DNA of 64,000 nucleotides from Raillietiella orientalis. Lineage: Eukaryota. The stretch spans positions 4,588,001 through 4,652,000 of the forward strand of contig JAYWIR010000002.1 in NCBI GenBank assembly GCA_036172245.1, given 5' to 3'. Positions 26,300-39,649 of this stretch are shown in pieces; position 1 is the stretch's first letter, and each line of letters begins with the position of its first letter. Both the position numbers and the translations under genes were made by a program. The notes under the pieces were generated by a model. The model saw only the letters and a program-made list of their open reading frames with translations. It did not search any database and was not told where the DNA came from.

Positions 26300-29200
26300 A
26301 GAATTGGCTCCCCACGAGAGTTCTCCATCATCCCCTGCTTTTCTCTTCCCTGATTGAACGGCTCCGCTCTTCGCGCGTGCAGGAGGAGAGGCAGGATGGC
26401 TCCTTGGGAAGACGGCTGCCCTTCCGTCCACTTTGGCGATCGCCGATGTCTGCCTCTGGTGGAGATTCGCCAGCGAGGGGGCCACTGGCAGGCCGGGAAG
26501 GCAGACGCTCGTCCGAGCTGGTCCCGCAGGGCAGCAGCGTGGGACTCAGATGCCCCAGTGCCGCGCCGAGAAGCAACCCCAAGAACACGCGCGGGAGTGC
26601 CCGCGTCACCCCCCAGCGGGAGCTCCCCTAGGCAATCCTCCCCACTGAGGCGTCGTGATGGCGTCCCCAGTTTCCAGGAGAGCTCGGTGCGCCGGGAAGA
26701 TGACCAGCTGCTGGCAATGCAGCCGATGAACGGAGGCGCTCGTCGGGGAGCCCTCTAGATCCCGACGCTTTCGAGGGGAATGCCGGGAAAAACGGACTCG
26801 CCCTTGCGGATCCCGGGAGAAGTCTCTGAGCATGGTAACTTTAATTGCCAGACAACGCGCCTCCCGTCGAGCGATGATCTTGGTGACCCTTCTCCCCTCC
26901 CTCCCACCATTCTTGAAGGTGCTCTCCCACTCTGCAGAAGATCCACCTCTCTCCCGTCCCGCCGATGCAGCAGAGGGCGCATTGGGTCTCCACGGTCTCT
27001 CGATGAGCTTTGGAAAGCACCGTCGAGGAGTCTCCGAGTTTCCCCAAACGCTGCTGACGGCGCTGCCACAGGGGAGAAGGAGGGTTGGACTCCTGAGTCG
27101 TCTCCACGCTTCCGCTGGCTCCTGACTCCAAGCGCTCTTCTTCAGTGTACGGCAGGGCATTCCCTCATGATCCCCAGCAAAACGGCCGCTGAGTGCAAGG
27201 GAGACACAGACCACCCCCGCACGATCTCGCTCTCCAGCCAGAGGAGGGAAGCCGACCTTTTGGGTTCTTTGTGAGAGTGTAAGAGGGGAGACGCGAGTGC
27301 GTGTTGCACAGCCATGACCGTGATGAGGGGTCGACCTTTGCAGCGATTCTTGAATCCGCACCCGTCTGGCTGGAAACTCTCGCGTTCCGAGAGGAGGAAA
27401 CCAAGTCCTTCAGTGGCACCCTGGACGTGGGGAGCTTCACCCATGTCAGGCCGCCAGCGGGACCGATGACTTGACGGGGGCGCCCAGCACTCTCTGCGGG
27501 GAGCTGGGAGAAGGGGACAGGGATGGGGGAAAGCCGAAGGCTTCCAACGCAGTTCGCCTCTCGGGTGGCAGGTGCCGCTGCCGGGTGAATGACGCCCTAC
27601 AAATCCCCGGCTGGCCACCTCTCTGCGCTGGACGCAGGAGACAAGCATCCCGCTCTCTCCAGACGGAGGCGACTCCGTTCTCGCTCCCTCCGCCCCTTCC
27701 CGCAGTTTTTGCGGGCAGGGTAGAGGAACGTAGGAGGTGGGTAGGAAGGAATTGCAAAGAGGAATATAAAAGAGGGCGGGAGACGACAAATCGGAAAAGG
27801 AAAGCACGAAGTGGATGCTCCCTGGAAAGGAGGAGAGAGAATGGCAGTGCCGGAAGGGTCTGCAAGGTCTGACGTTCCTTGACCTCCCGGAACTCCCAGC
27901 TCAGTCCGGCCTCCAGCACCTCTTCCTCCAGGGAGGAAACTCGGGGACGTTGGTGAGACGAGGTGGGAGAAGGAGCGTAGCGAGATGCGCGTCCCGGAGT
28001 CGCAAGAATCACTCCAGAGGGGACCGCCGCTTCCCGACGGCGGGGTCGATGCCGTGAATTGGCAGCAGGAAAACAGGAGCGGCAAGGGAGTCGGAAGCTC
28101 CTGTCCACTCATTCCGTCTCCTTCCTTCTTCCCTTGGACTTTTCCTCTCCTCGATCAGGGATGAAGGGGGAATCCTCCCCGGCTCCCGTCGGAAGGTCCG
28201 TGGAAAGGAGAAAGGAGAAACGAGTTCTCTAAGGCGCTGCTTCCAGGTCCGCTTCTTTCTGGAGGCCTCCCGAGCAGAAGATTCTGCATCCGGGAAGAAG
28301 ATCGGCGAAAAGTGGAAGGGAAGAAGGAAAGACAGGAACGGAAAAAAAAGGGGAAGGAGAGGAGGGGGGAAAATGCGTGTTCGCGTGGAGAGACGGAAGG
28401 GAATCCACGTGCAGGTTTCGCCCTCTGGCGAAACCCGGAGGGGGAGCTGCCGATTCCATTGGGTCCACGGGAGAAGCTGGACTCACCTTCCGCTCGGGGC
28501 TGCCACAGGTCCCATCTCCGTGGAGTCCGTCTTTCTCCGGCCAGACTGCAGCTTCCCTGAGCGCTCCAGAGCCATCTCTTGAGTAAGCGGTCGCACGCGC
28601 CGGTAGCGAACCACAGATGGAGCTGTCTCCCTCAGAGCCGCTGCTCCGGGAGGCGCGACCGCCTAGCTGTTCCCGGAGACGCCGCGGTGCTTCGCCGCCA
28701 CCGCTGCAAGGGAGGCCTTGGAGAGGCCGCTCCTCATTTCCCAGTTCCCCGGTTTCCAGTCCGACCCACTCGGTATGCTAGAGCTGGGGAGGAGAAGACA
28801 GGAGGGTCCTCGAGACGGAAGCAGCTCCAAGAGAGAAGTCTAAGGCGTCGCAGCATCACGGAGAGAGTAAGTGTGTCCTCATCAGGAAAGGTGGAATCCC
28901 ACAGCCTCCCTTCTGGAGAGGAGGAGGATGGTGAATATCTGTTCTTCGCTCCGGGAAAATCCCGGCAGCATGCAAACACGGACTGACTTCCGAGAGTCCT
29001 GTCGAACAGAGGACCTTCCGAGGGAACCACGGCCGAACCAGTAGACCTTCCGCACCTAACGGACGTTCCGGTCGCCCGGGGCAACCGAGGCGATCTCTCG
29101 TGGCTCCTCCAAATAGCTCTCCAGGGAAGAAGCGTGTGCGGCTGACCAATGCAGCAAAACGCGCCTCGGATGGACGTCCCCAGCGACAGGTGTGGTCCTA

Positions 29201-29600
29201 GTAGATGGGTGGTGGTTGGGCGCACCCGGCCATGTCTCGGAGGCAGCGCGCGCCCTTCGGGCAGTCTCGGCCTTCCTCCGAACGATTCTCACGCGCGGTC
29301 TCCCCCAGCATTCTCCGCCGATGGCTCCGCCGGTTCCCACGCGGCAAGGCGGCAGCTCGTCGGTCCCCAAACTGCTTTCTGAGGCGGAGAAAGAGGGATT
29401 CACCTCAGGCATGTTTTCCCTGCAGTGACCCAAGCACTCCTCTTTCTTTGAGAGCCATTTGGAGGAGGCGCGCAAGAAATCGATCTTCTCGGACTCGGCG
29501 TCAGGCCGGATGTTTTGCTTCCTCACGCTGAGGGCGCTCGGCTCGGATGCACCGCTCGAGAGATCGCCGCCGAGCGCCGTAGTGCCCGTCCTCGGGTGCG
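26300..29600 (-). mobile_element. Decayed L1/Tx1 debris (ORF1, APE and RT fragments, probably more than one copy)
   Basis: Minus-strand motifs GRQLHLWF (ORF1), EAPH..GLGFLL (APE), KASGSRGLP (~KSPGPDGLP) and PWRAIW (C-terminal region). Confidence 0.4.
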
Positions 29601-29641
29601 GGTGCAGGGGACGCGGCACGGAGGGCCCGGGAGGCGGACCT

Positions 29642-31170
29642 CATTGGAGGCCGTGTGGCTGCGGTCTCCGCGCGCGGCACAAAGCGCCGCAGGTTCGAAT
29701 TCCGCCTGGCGAAGGATCTGTGCCGAGAAATGAGAAGCGCATCGTATGTTTCGATCTCCTCCCTTCAATATGATGCTGGTTGGCCTGTTCGGGTGCGGCA
29801 CTGGTTGATACTTGGTCACTCCGGGGAGTTTATTTACAACATAAACACACACGTCCGTGGCAGGACATTTGATCCTGCCACGTTGCTCATAACTACGAGA
29901 AGGAAACTGCCGGGAACTGACACGCAGACCAGCGGCTTCGCCTCGGCAGCACAGGGAAAGGAGAGACAAACAAAAAGAAAAAAAAAACATAAAACAAAAA
30001 ACATACAGTTAAAAAACTGGAGGGGAGGGGGCTGGGAAGGGATCACTGTGAGCTAGAGGGTGTCCTTTGCATCCTCGTAAGGATGCCGGCAAGTTTCTGT
30101 TTAATGCTTTCCAGATGGGCCATATTGGCTCTGTCCTCACGAGGAGGACGACAAAATAGATGAGGTCACTGTCGTTCCGGCCTCCTCTGGCGTTGCTCCA
30201 TGCAGCCACGGTCCCGCCGCGTGGGCAGCACAGTGCTGCTAGGGATGGGGCCGGAGTGAGGGCGTCTCCCAGGAGGAGCCGCCTAAGAACATGTCTGACA
30301 TTGCCGCTGGGAGTTCCAAGGGTCGCAGCAAAGCGTTCCCAAAGGGGCCGGATGGCAACACAGTCCACGAGCAGACACGGGAGGAATTGCCGCTTTCCTC
30401 ACCTTGCACAGTTGGGATCCACAAACACCCTTGTTCAACGATGCCGGCGGGCGTTGAACGGAAGGGTCCAGTGCAGCAGCATCAATGCCGACTGCTGCCA
30501 CTTCAAGGGGAGGGTGAGGGTGTTCACGAGCACCGGGGCCACTTCAGGTCTTCTTCTGGAATACCCAATCTCCAAGCCCCAGAGCAACAGTTCACGAGGT
30601 CGAGCGATCGGGGTCGCAGCGTCGGTGTGGCACTGGTGGAAGTCGTAAACCCCCTGATGTCCCCGTTGACTGGCCGGCATTGGAAGCTGACTCTTCGGGT
30701 CCTTCTTGGAATAGAGGAGCCTTTCAAGGTTCCCCTCGAGTTGTAAAAATGGAGCCGTCGTTCCTCTTAAAGGAGGGGCTTCAATCGCAGTATTATGGAA
30801 CTGGTTGATCGATACCTCTCCAGAGTTTCGAGAAGGTGCTGCTCCCTTCGGAGGCGAGATTTCAGAGAAAATTTGGAAGCGCCCCTTCGGGGTCCTCTTT
30901 AGAGGAGGATACAGGGAGCGGTTCCCCTCGAGATTTCCTTCTGGAGAAGAAACTCCAGGAGCAGATCCTTTCCAGGTTCCCTTGAGAGAAGAATGAATCC
31001 CCCCCCCCCTCCCTACTCTGGAGGACCCCTCCGGAGAGAACAGGGAAGAGGTTCCCTTCGGGGCTCCCTCCCAAGCATGAGAGGAACGGACTTCTTCCTT
31101 TGGAGCCCTTCCTGGATTCACGGGGCGGTGCCTTCCAGGGGTACACCCTCTGATTTGGAGTCACCCATAC
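29642..31170 (+). mobile_element. tRNA-derived SINE carrying an antisense Tx1-like insert
   Basis: Head GGCCGTGTGGCTGCGGTCTCC..GGTTCGAATTCC (B box 29692-29703). The body resumes at 30629 and runs to ~31170. Confidence 0.85.
29806..30628 (-). mobile_element. 5'-truncated L1/Tx1 3' end with target-site duplication
   Basis: About 99% identical by eye to 45233-46033. Flanked by GGCACTGGT at 29797-29805 and 30629-30637. Confidence 0.9.
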
Positions 31171-33257
31171 GCAGCAGAGCGCGGTCCAGAGGCTGGACGA
31201 GTCCCTCTTCGTGCTCGTCGAGCAGCCTTTGCCAACCCTGAGGCGCGACACCCGAAGAGGAACCCCCAGCCAACAGAGGGGTGACCCTCTCCTCCCTCCT
31301 TCAGCTCCTCTTTCCTTCGCTCTGGGGGAAGGAAGCCACCTTTGCGCCTCTTTCGGTGCTCCCGGTGGTCACGAGCGTCCTGTGCATGCAAAGCCACGTT
31401 ACCGTCGCCAGCCCCAGCCTTTTCAGGATCTCCGGGAGCGCGACCCACGAGGCTCTGGAGAATAGCCCGCAGCGAACGCACCTCATTTCTGCTTGCTCAG
31501 ACAAGCGAACCCGAGGGCGTTGATGAGTTCTTGGGGAGTTCTCCCTCGGCCGTAAGGATACGCAGTTTACCACCGCCTCCGGAAGACCTCAACGCGGTAA
31601 CAAGAGCACCAGTGCCTCCGCAGCATCCCATCAAAGATGGTGCCTGCCGATTTCGTGGCGAAGGTTGCTCCAGTCCTCCGTGTGACAAGTGCGAGTGGTG
31701 TGTCCTGGATGGAGGCTTTCGAGTAGCTCTTGCAGCGGTAACGGCGTCAAGACAAGAGATGGCTCGGCGAAGCAGATTCGATGGTGGTACACAGTGGAGC
31801 TCCCCCTAGAGCGAGGAACGAATGCCTATTTAGATATATGGGGGCTTCGATATGTGGGTTACCCATGCTTACACTTGGCTAGAACCCGCATTGCCTGCCT
31901 CTCCGCTGGAATTCGTGAGGTTCGACGTCCATCGTTGCTTTGCGTGGAATTTCGAGCTGCTAACAGCCAGAGGTCAACTAAGCGGAAGCGATCGGATATC
32001 CCGAAGCAGTTTGCGCCGAAAGGTGGCTGGATTTCCCTCCTGGAAACAGGGGAGAAAGCGGAGCGGGCTGCAGCTCCGTCACCAAAAGCCCTAATGGCCC
32101 CACATCGAAGCCGCCTGCAGAATGCGGAGAGCAGCTTCCAGCTAAAGGAAGCTTGGCTTTCCCGATGGGACGGAATGGGGGCCGGGTGGATGCTCGGCAG
32201 GCTGTCTAAGCCCTGCATTCCTCTTGTGCAGTGGAAAGAAAACATCCGATCTATCAAGGGTTTCTCCACGATCAAGTCAGTGACGCGAAACACCCCGCTT
32301 TCTTATGAGAGAGCCGCCGACGTGGAAAGAGATGTTCATTTGATAGCAACAGCTACGCCTCCGCCTTAGTAGAAAACGCTAAGGCGCTTTTTTATTTTTA
32401 TTTTTTTTATAAGACTTTGGACGGCGGGAGCACCACAGACTCGAGAAGGTGACATGAAGGAGGTCCTAGATGAAGGTAGGGAAGATCGGAGACGAACGGC
32501 TTTCTCCTGAGCAGGAAAGGGAGAATGGCGCCATCAGGGAGAATTGAGTGTTCCGTAGGCGGGTGAGGGAGGGGCCAGAGATTTCCGAGGTATTGTAACA
32601 ATGTAAGTTATGTTCAGGTCCATATTATGGGAGGCTGGTTTGTGTTGACCTTGGCTTTTTTTTTTTTTTTTTTAGAAGTCACGTGGCGGCGAGAGAACAT
32701 GCACGTGCTACTCCGGCATGGTTGCGAGGTACTGACTAACGCACATTTCCAAGTATGCCAGGTGAAGAAAAAAAATTGTTTGCAAAGGATAAAAAAGGAA
32801 AGGAGGAAAGAAAGAAAGAGCATTTGCTCTGGAAACGGCAGAAGCAATGAAACTTTCCGCAACGGAAACTTCTGCTGAAGATGCATCTGCGTGGCAGGTC
32901 TGAATGGCTGGCCCCAAGGCAACCACGGAAATCCTTGTCTCACCTCCTGCGGAGAGAACGCTCCTCGCGTGATCTCTGGAACCGTGAAGACGTTTCTGAC
33001 TTCTCTCCCTACTGGAATACGAATCCGTTCCAGCAACAGGAGTTCCGGAATCTGAATGCGGTTTCCGCCGAGTAATCTTCAGAACTTCACGCTTACGTCA
33101 CCCATGTCGGTGTGTCGAAACCCCGATGATTCTTAAGCATTGGTTTCGAAACATCGAAATCCCTGCAAACGGCTTCCATCTCTTGTGCAAGAGCTTGCAA
33201 GTTTCTAATAAGAAAAAGATCCTCTGGAAGATTCGCTAGTATCCCTCGAAACAGCTT

Positions 33258-33851
33258 ATTCACAGAAATTCAAATGGGAACTTTTTGATCATCCACCTTA
33301 CAGTCCTGACCTCGAGCCCAGTGGCTGCGGAATGTGCGGACAGCAGTGTGGGGGACCAAAAGGGTGTGCTTTCGGTGCACTTCTCAAGTCCACTGTGGAA
33401 CACTTGCAATACTGCGGCGTGCCATTCAGAACCGACGACGTGGAATGCTGAGATCGGGAAGTGTTCTTTCACCTTCACGACAACGCGCGCCTTGGCAACA
33501 CACGCTGTCCGCACATTCCGGATAATTCAGAAATTCAGATGCGAACTTTTCAATATCACCCACCTTGCAGTCCTGACCCAGTGACGACCACGTCTTCCTT
33601 CCTGCACCTCAAGAAGTGAGGAGTTGAAAACTGCAGTGCTGCTGAACTGGCTGAACTCCCAGGCGGCGGAATTTCATGCAGAGGGTTGAAAAAAGCTTCT
33701 TCCACGTACCAAAAAATGTTTGGAAAGAAATGGTGACTACGTAGAAAAATGACATGGGGATAAATGTGTTTCGAACCACCAATACACTTTTGTTTCTCTC
33801 ATTTGTTCTTCCTTTATACCCGATAGGCCATTGCTTTTGAAATGAGCATCG
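33258..33851 (+). mobile_element. mariner transposase 3' relic (irritans-like end)
   Basis: KWELFDHPPYSPDLEPS, DQKGVL, LRRAIQNRRRGML, LHDNAR, WLNSQAAEFH and KCLERNGDYVEK* motifs, ending in TTTTGAAATGAGCATCG|TA. Confidence 0.9.
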
Positions 33852-34933
33852 TATCTAATCTTTCGTGTCACTCTAACTTTGAGGGACTGGAAGTTTGCCT
33901 GTTGCTGCAAGGATAACACAAAAGAGAAAATTTAATCTTGGGAAAATGATCAGGAAGTTTTAATTGCTGATTCTCAATTTCTTACAGGGCATCATGCCAC
34001 AAGAAGTCTGCAGCGGTAGGCAAGTCATTTTCATCCTGAAAAGTTTCGAAACCAACCTGACTTTCCATTCATGACTTCCGCAGCTTCTTGAATGAAACTC
34101 GTCGGAAACCTCGTGGACACTGGACGTGTTTTTTGCCAGGGAGGTTCCACACGTCTGGGAGAGGAACAAAAGTTCTTGCAGCTGGATTGAACGCGCGGGC
34201 TGAGGAGGAACGAACGAAAAGTGCGTTTCTACTTTGGAAGATGAGATGGGTGTTCCCCCCAGCGTCTGGACCGTGCATTGCCTATTTTGCCTATTTTTTT
34301 AAGCTGTGAGGAGCCTGTGACTAAAAGGAAACATGAGGCTTATAAAAGTCTTCCATCCATTCCGCCTTGACGTCCATCCTCTGCATAAATCGAGTTCCTT
34401 TCTCCATACCCTTCCGTAACTGGATGAGCTCGCACCTACCCATCAATTAAAAGTCCAATGCTGCTTCGAACGCGCAACAAAAGGGAGTAGGGAATTCCTG
34501 CCCTTGCTGATGCCTGGATGAGAATGTGATGCAAATGCCCCGGTGAACCTGAAAGATCGAGCTCCTTCCTGTATCAGTTTGAAAATCTTCCTGAGGGAAA
34601 ATCTGAAGGAGTCGAGTCGGAAAATTCGAATAGACTCTTCGCTCGCATCCAGCAAGTCAGTCCCTGATAGTGGCTGGGCAGAAAGGAGAGACGTCGTCCG
34701 CATGTTCCACTGGAGGCGACGACTGTAAGACTTCCCTCCGGTAAATGGTTCGATCAAGCCACCTTGACTTTCGACTACTGATGAATTGTAAAGCATGGAT
34801 CGAAGGAAGAGTGGTGCAGGTGGTTCTCCTTCTCAAACTGGACCATCTTCGCTTAGGCAAGCTGACAAATGGATATATATGGGACAAGCTGTGAGATTCC
34901 CGAGGAGAGAAAATAGAACCGGATTTCCAAATA

Positions 34934-35296
34934 CAGTGGTACCTCAGTACTCTGGGGTAATTCGTTCGGGAACTCGTGACGAGCGCCGAGACCGACGAGT
35001 ACCGAACGAGTTCCTTTCTAGGCTTCGTGGCATCATTTTTAACCATTTCATGAGCCATGATCAATGCTTAAAATGCACGGAAAGCACAAAAAAAAGGAAT
35101 GATTCGGGAGGCACCCTACGGAAGTGTTTGGCAGTGTTCGCGAGCTACCATGAGACGAAAGCTTTTACCTGTTGCATCATGAGAGTCGGGTGTCGAGTTC
35201 CGAGCATGCACAGAGTATCGATTTTTTCTCTCGTCAAAATGCGACGAGTACTGAGACGGACGAGTTCCGATACCGTCGAGTACCGAGGTACCACTG
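34934..35296. mobile_element. pogo/Tigger-type MITE, 363 bp
   Basis: TA|CAGTGGTACCTCAGTACTC ... GAGTACCGAGGTACCACTG|TA terminal inverted repeats with TA duplication. Subterminal GACGAGTACCGA-like repeats. Confidence 0.9.
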
Positions 35297-36834
35297 TAAT
35301 AAATTGTGGTAAGGGAGAAGCAATTCCGGGACCCGCGCGGCAGCTTTCACTCATCCGTTTCGGCGCCTCGCGGTCTCATGGAATGGAGAAGACACGCGCA
35401 TCCACGAGATGTAGCCATTCCGAGCACACATTTTAGAATTTCCGACTGCTGGGTTTAGAGATGATTTAGAGATTGCTAGATCTTCTGAAAAAAATCAAAA
35501 TCTTCTTGAGAAACGTACAGAGAAGCTTTAAGAAAAGTCGACGAGGAGGGGGGTCTAACAGTCCCTCATCAGCATCAGCTTCCGTTACTTCAGCTCCAAG
35601 GACTGTTAAGAGACAGTTAGCCGGTGAAGTGGTCCGCATATCTGTTCGTAAAGGGGGCACAACTACAGCCGGATATTTCGTTGAATTGGTTGGTATGTGA
35701 CGCAATGCAGAAGGGACCTCTGGGGGAACTGGTCAAGCATCATAATGGGCATTCATCTCGCAGCAAGGAAAGAATCACTCGTAGATAGAGAAGCGCACGG
35801 TAGAACTCCACTTCCATAGTTCCCATCGAATATCCCCCCCCCCCTCCTTCCTCTAAAAGCATCATCCTTACTTAAAGGTTGCAACTTCTTTATCATCGGT
35901 GTCGATTCCATCACTGTATCTAATTTTTGGAAGTCCGAAGGGAACTGGAATTTTTGGTCTGCATAGATCGGATCCGAGTTAGTAGGCGCGCATACAAAGT
36001 CAGTCGATCAATCCACGTGGCCAAACGCACAAACAGAAACCATTATCATTACAACTGCCAGTCATTTTAGCTCTTCATTGACTGGCAGTGGCTTGCAAAC
36101 GACGGCTACGGAACGCGGTGGGAATTTTCGAAGCCGAGGAACGAGGTTGACCATGACTGGGTCGCCTACGTTCAAATCGCTAAAGACGGTGGCCATGGCG
36201 CGTGCGCGCGTGTGTGAGTTATGGAGGGCAGCATCTCCATTGAAGAAAGAAATGCAGCCGCATCGCAAACAGCCGCTGCGCCACCAGCACTAGGTCGAAC
36301 CGGGCATCCTCGTGGCCCGGCCGAACACGAGGTTGCTCGCGGAGTCACTGGTGGAACAATGGAATTCCTCCCCCCCTACTCCCCATCTACTCACTTCTCC
36401 ACCTCGCGAGGTAACCGAAGACGCACCTCGGAAAGCAGCTCCACCCCCCGTTCCTGGCTCCAGAAGGAAAGGAGAGCACGGGTCAGCCAGAGTAACCACC
36501 GGCATCTTGGGAAGAGCAGCAGCTGGATCGCCACCCCGTTACGCACCGCGGGCGAAAGGCACACGGGGATTCATCTTCTTTCGTCAGCGAGAACCGTCAC
36601 GGACGAGGAAGAGATCTCGTCCTCCGGCCAGCTGGAGACTTTCCGGCGGACGATCGACGCCGCCTGCCCTCCCCGCACTCTCTCCGGGGCAGATGGGAAC
36701 CCTGTCGTCCTGGGACCAAGATCACAGGAGTGAGAAGATGGAGGAGGACCACTCTGGACACGCTCCTTTGCCTCCGACGCTCTCGGCAACACACGCCCGG
36801 GAAGCGGCAGCCTCTCGTCAACCACGACAACCAG

Positions 36835-37080
36835 GACGAGGGGTATTCCTTCGGGGTTCCCTAACAAGCAAGCGTGAGAGAGCAACGGACTCCTTCCTCT
36901 GTAGCCCTTCCTGGATCCATAGGGTGGTCCTCCTAACTTGAAGAGTTAACGCACACCCTCGGGTGGCGTGGGCAATGCTCGAGAGCTCCGTGAGACCTCT
37001 GTAAAGAGGAGAACGGTTCTTCAGTACTTTGAGAACGAAAAAAAAAAATGGTAGGAAAACAGCGAAACAGGAAGACAGGG
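36835..37080 (+). mobile_element. SINE 3' fragment
   Basis: CCTTCCTGGATCCATAGGGTGGTCCTCCTAACTTGAAGAGTTAACGCACACCCTCGGGTGGC followed by GGTTCTTCAGTACTT and an A-run, as in the 21.3-21.5 kb copy. Confidence 0.75.
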
Positions 37081-37899
37081 AAGACAGACATCCAATTGAC
37101 ATTCATCTATGAGGAGTAAGTTAGGTTTCCATGGCTGTCGCAATGGAACGGAAGATAAATCCATTCGCTGATTACACCTGGGTGCTTCCCGAGATGCAAC
37201 CTACAATTTATATATCAGACAAATGAGTTAAAGCTACGCGTACGATGGTCCAGAGAAAGAAAAAAAATCCGAAGGAAAAAACGAAGAAGTCGGGAGTCTG
37301 GTGTGATTACCATGCACTCTTGCGCAACGCACCGTGCAAATACAGCCTAGCAACCGTCGGCAGGGAGATGAAACGAGAAGACCAAGTTTTCCCAGCGTTG
37401 GCACTTTGCTGATGGCACCATCGCCTGCCGGGATGACCCGAAAAGCGAATTCGAACCTACAGTGACCCCGCCTTGAGAAGGCGCACCGTCACTGGCTTTT
37501 TGGTGCACCCTGTAAAAGGAACACTCGGGGGTTGACCAGTTCTTGCGAAGATCCCTCAAGAGAACTTTAGTGATGCTGGTTTTTGTGTATCTTGTGCTTG
37601 CGGCAGCGAAGGTCGATTACCCGTGCTCAGTGATAGGGTCCCGAGTAATGAGGGAAGCTTTTCCAGCCAAGCGCTTGGAGTGATGGGTCAGTCAGAGAAT
37701 CTCCGGGAAGCTGAAGACGAGAAACCCGCCAAGGCGGGCCGCCCTCTCGCTTCGGCGCCCATACCCCTTCCTCCCTTTCCCCTCCCCTCCCTCCCTCCCC
37801 CGAAAGAAGAGCGCGCTGCCCTACAAAAGCAGGAAGCGACGAAGGCACGCCCGCCGGCCTTCGCGCGCCGCGCCGCAGTAGCCGCCGGAACCGCGAAGC

Positions 37900-39400
37900 T
37901 CAGCACAACCGGGGTCGGACTCATCGGGGTGCGCAACCGCGTAGCCAGGACGCGAGGCAGCCGAGGAAGGGCCGAGTCACCCGAGGGCAGGAGTTTCAGG
38001 AAGCCCAGATGCCGTTCTCGAGCAATGACGAAGACGGGAGGCTGAGCTCGCCATGTGGGAGAACATCCTCAGGGAGCGGTCGAGGAGAACGCCGGTGTCG
38101 CGGACAACGCCTCCGGGAAGAATTTTCACAGGCGGGAAGCAGCATAGGCACGATGGGCGCGATTTTCCATTTTTGGGAGTGAATATCTGTCTCCTGTGGG
38201 CGCATGAGAGGGATTTCTTCCTTTTTCGTATTTTTCAGATCGTCTCCCTGGAAATGAGAGCGTGCCTGTTCTGGAGTTCCTGCCGAATTTGAACGATGCT
38301 TCCTGCTCATTCCGGAGAAAAACCAGTCCAAAGGTCGTCATACTGAGATGGAGCTCCTCTTCCGCTTCTCTGGACTGGAGAACCAGAAACAGCTTCCTGT
38401 TCCACCCCACGTTTCCATGGAGGAATCGCGCGGTTTCGTGCATCTCAGCAACCCCAGATACCTTCTGTTTCCAAAGCAGATATGAGCAGCTCGAGCAGCT
38501 CGTCTCCGTTGTCAAGGAAACCTCGATCCGGGAAAAAGTCTTCTTTTTCCCCTTTCTCGATATCTCGTGACCTCGACTTGGGACTGGGGAGCCTCCCGCT
38601 GAAAGGAAACTCGTCCCCTTCTTTTTTTGGAGGTGTCCTGAAGGGACCCTGAGAGTCGCAGTCAGGCTTCTCCGAAAAAGGAGCTTTCTCATGAATCGTC
38701 TCGTCCATCCGTCGCTGCACCTACCGATTCCACGGCGGCTACTCGGTGCTCTCCCTCTGGACGCATTCTTCCCCCTCAACACTCAAGAACCTTTTGCTGA
38801 GACACTAGCTGCGTCCCCCGAAAACCTTCCAGATACACGGAAGACCCCGTTGTCTATCTCCTGTCCTCCTCGAGCGGTCGTATGCGATGGAAGGCGTGCT
38901 CTCTTGGCAGCTCTGAGACCCACGGCCCACCCATTCTTGAAGACTTCCCTCAGGTCTGAGGAACGCTTCGGTTCCCTCTGTTCTGGAAGCTCTGGATGCT
39001 CCACAGAAGGACAGGCTGCCTCGAGTAATGGGTGGAAGACGAAGGGCGAGGGATTGGTGAGCGAAATGGACCGAGGCACGAAGCAAACGGGTGCTGCTGC
39101 TGCGCCCTCCGGGCCTAATGGTAGAATCGCAACCGCCTCGGGCAGATGCAACACTCTTCTCGGTTAGCGTGACTGGAAGCGAGGAAGTCAGATGATGGAG
39201 GGGAAGGCGGAGGGGTTGAGGCCCGGATCCGATGGGACGCGAAACGCTGGGGACTCCAGCGGCGAGGACGACGACTCGCGGACCTGAAAGCGCGCCGGGC
39301 TGCAAGACTTGACCTTCACAAGGCAAGGCCCAACGGATTCCAGGCCTCCACAGGAACCTGGACGACCTTTGCTTTCGGGAATCCTGCCCAAGCTTGAGGC
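37900..39400 (-). mobile_element. Decayed L1/Tx1 ORF2 (RT to C-terminus)
   Basis: Minus motifs SIAYD (~YADD), YLLWKQK and KWKIA/HRAY (~WKLxHRALPT) in the expected order. Confidence 0.45.
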
Positions 39401-39649
39401 TCCTTTCCCATAACGCCCTTTTGTGGATTGCACTCTTCTGCTTTTGATCATACATTATATCTGTGGTTAGAATTTGGCGGCACTGCACAGAAACCAAGAT
39501 AATTTCACTACTCTTTCCTTCGAGAATGCCTTCATTCTCTTTGCATCTCCACAAATAGTTTGAGCAGTTTTTTTTTTAAGATGTTTTTTTTTTCTTTGTG
39601 GCCAAGAATTCAGATTGAATTTCCAAGGATTCCAAAACATGGCGTTCAG

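Noticed and set aside
29642-29715. Functional tRNA gene
   Set aside because: It has A/B boxes but no proper acceptor stem, copies are diverged, and it is always joined to the repeat body, so it is a SINE head.
31689-32369. 226-aa ORF
   Set aside because: No recognisable motif, a non-ATG start and no supporting gene structure.
34795-35436. 213-aa ORF
   Set aside because: It reads straight through the 363-bp MITE, so it is a chance frame.
36062-36268. UHRF1 tandem-Tudor-like motif RARAMATVFSDLNVGDPVMVN
   Set aside because: Too short, equally like an LTR integrase C-terminal motif, and no neighbouring exons were found.
36345-36385. Tc1-like motif FLPPYSP
   Set aside because: It is isolated in C-rich sequence with no DLNPIE continuation or other transposase motifs.
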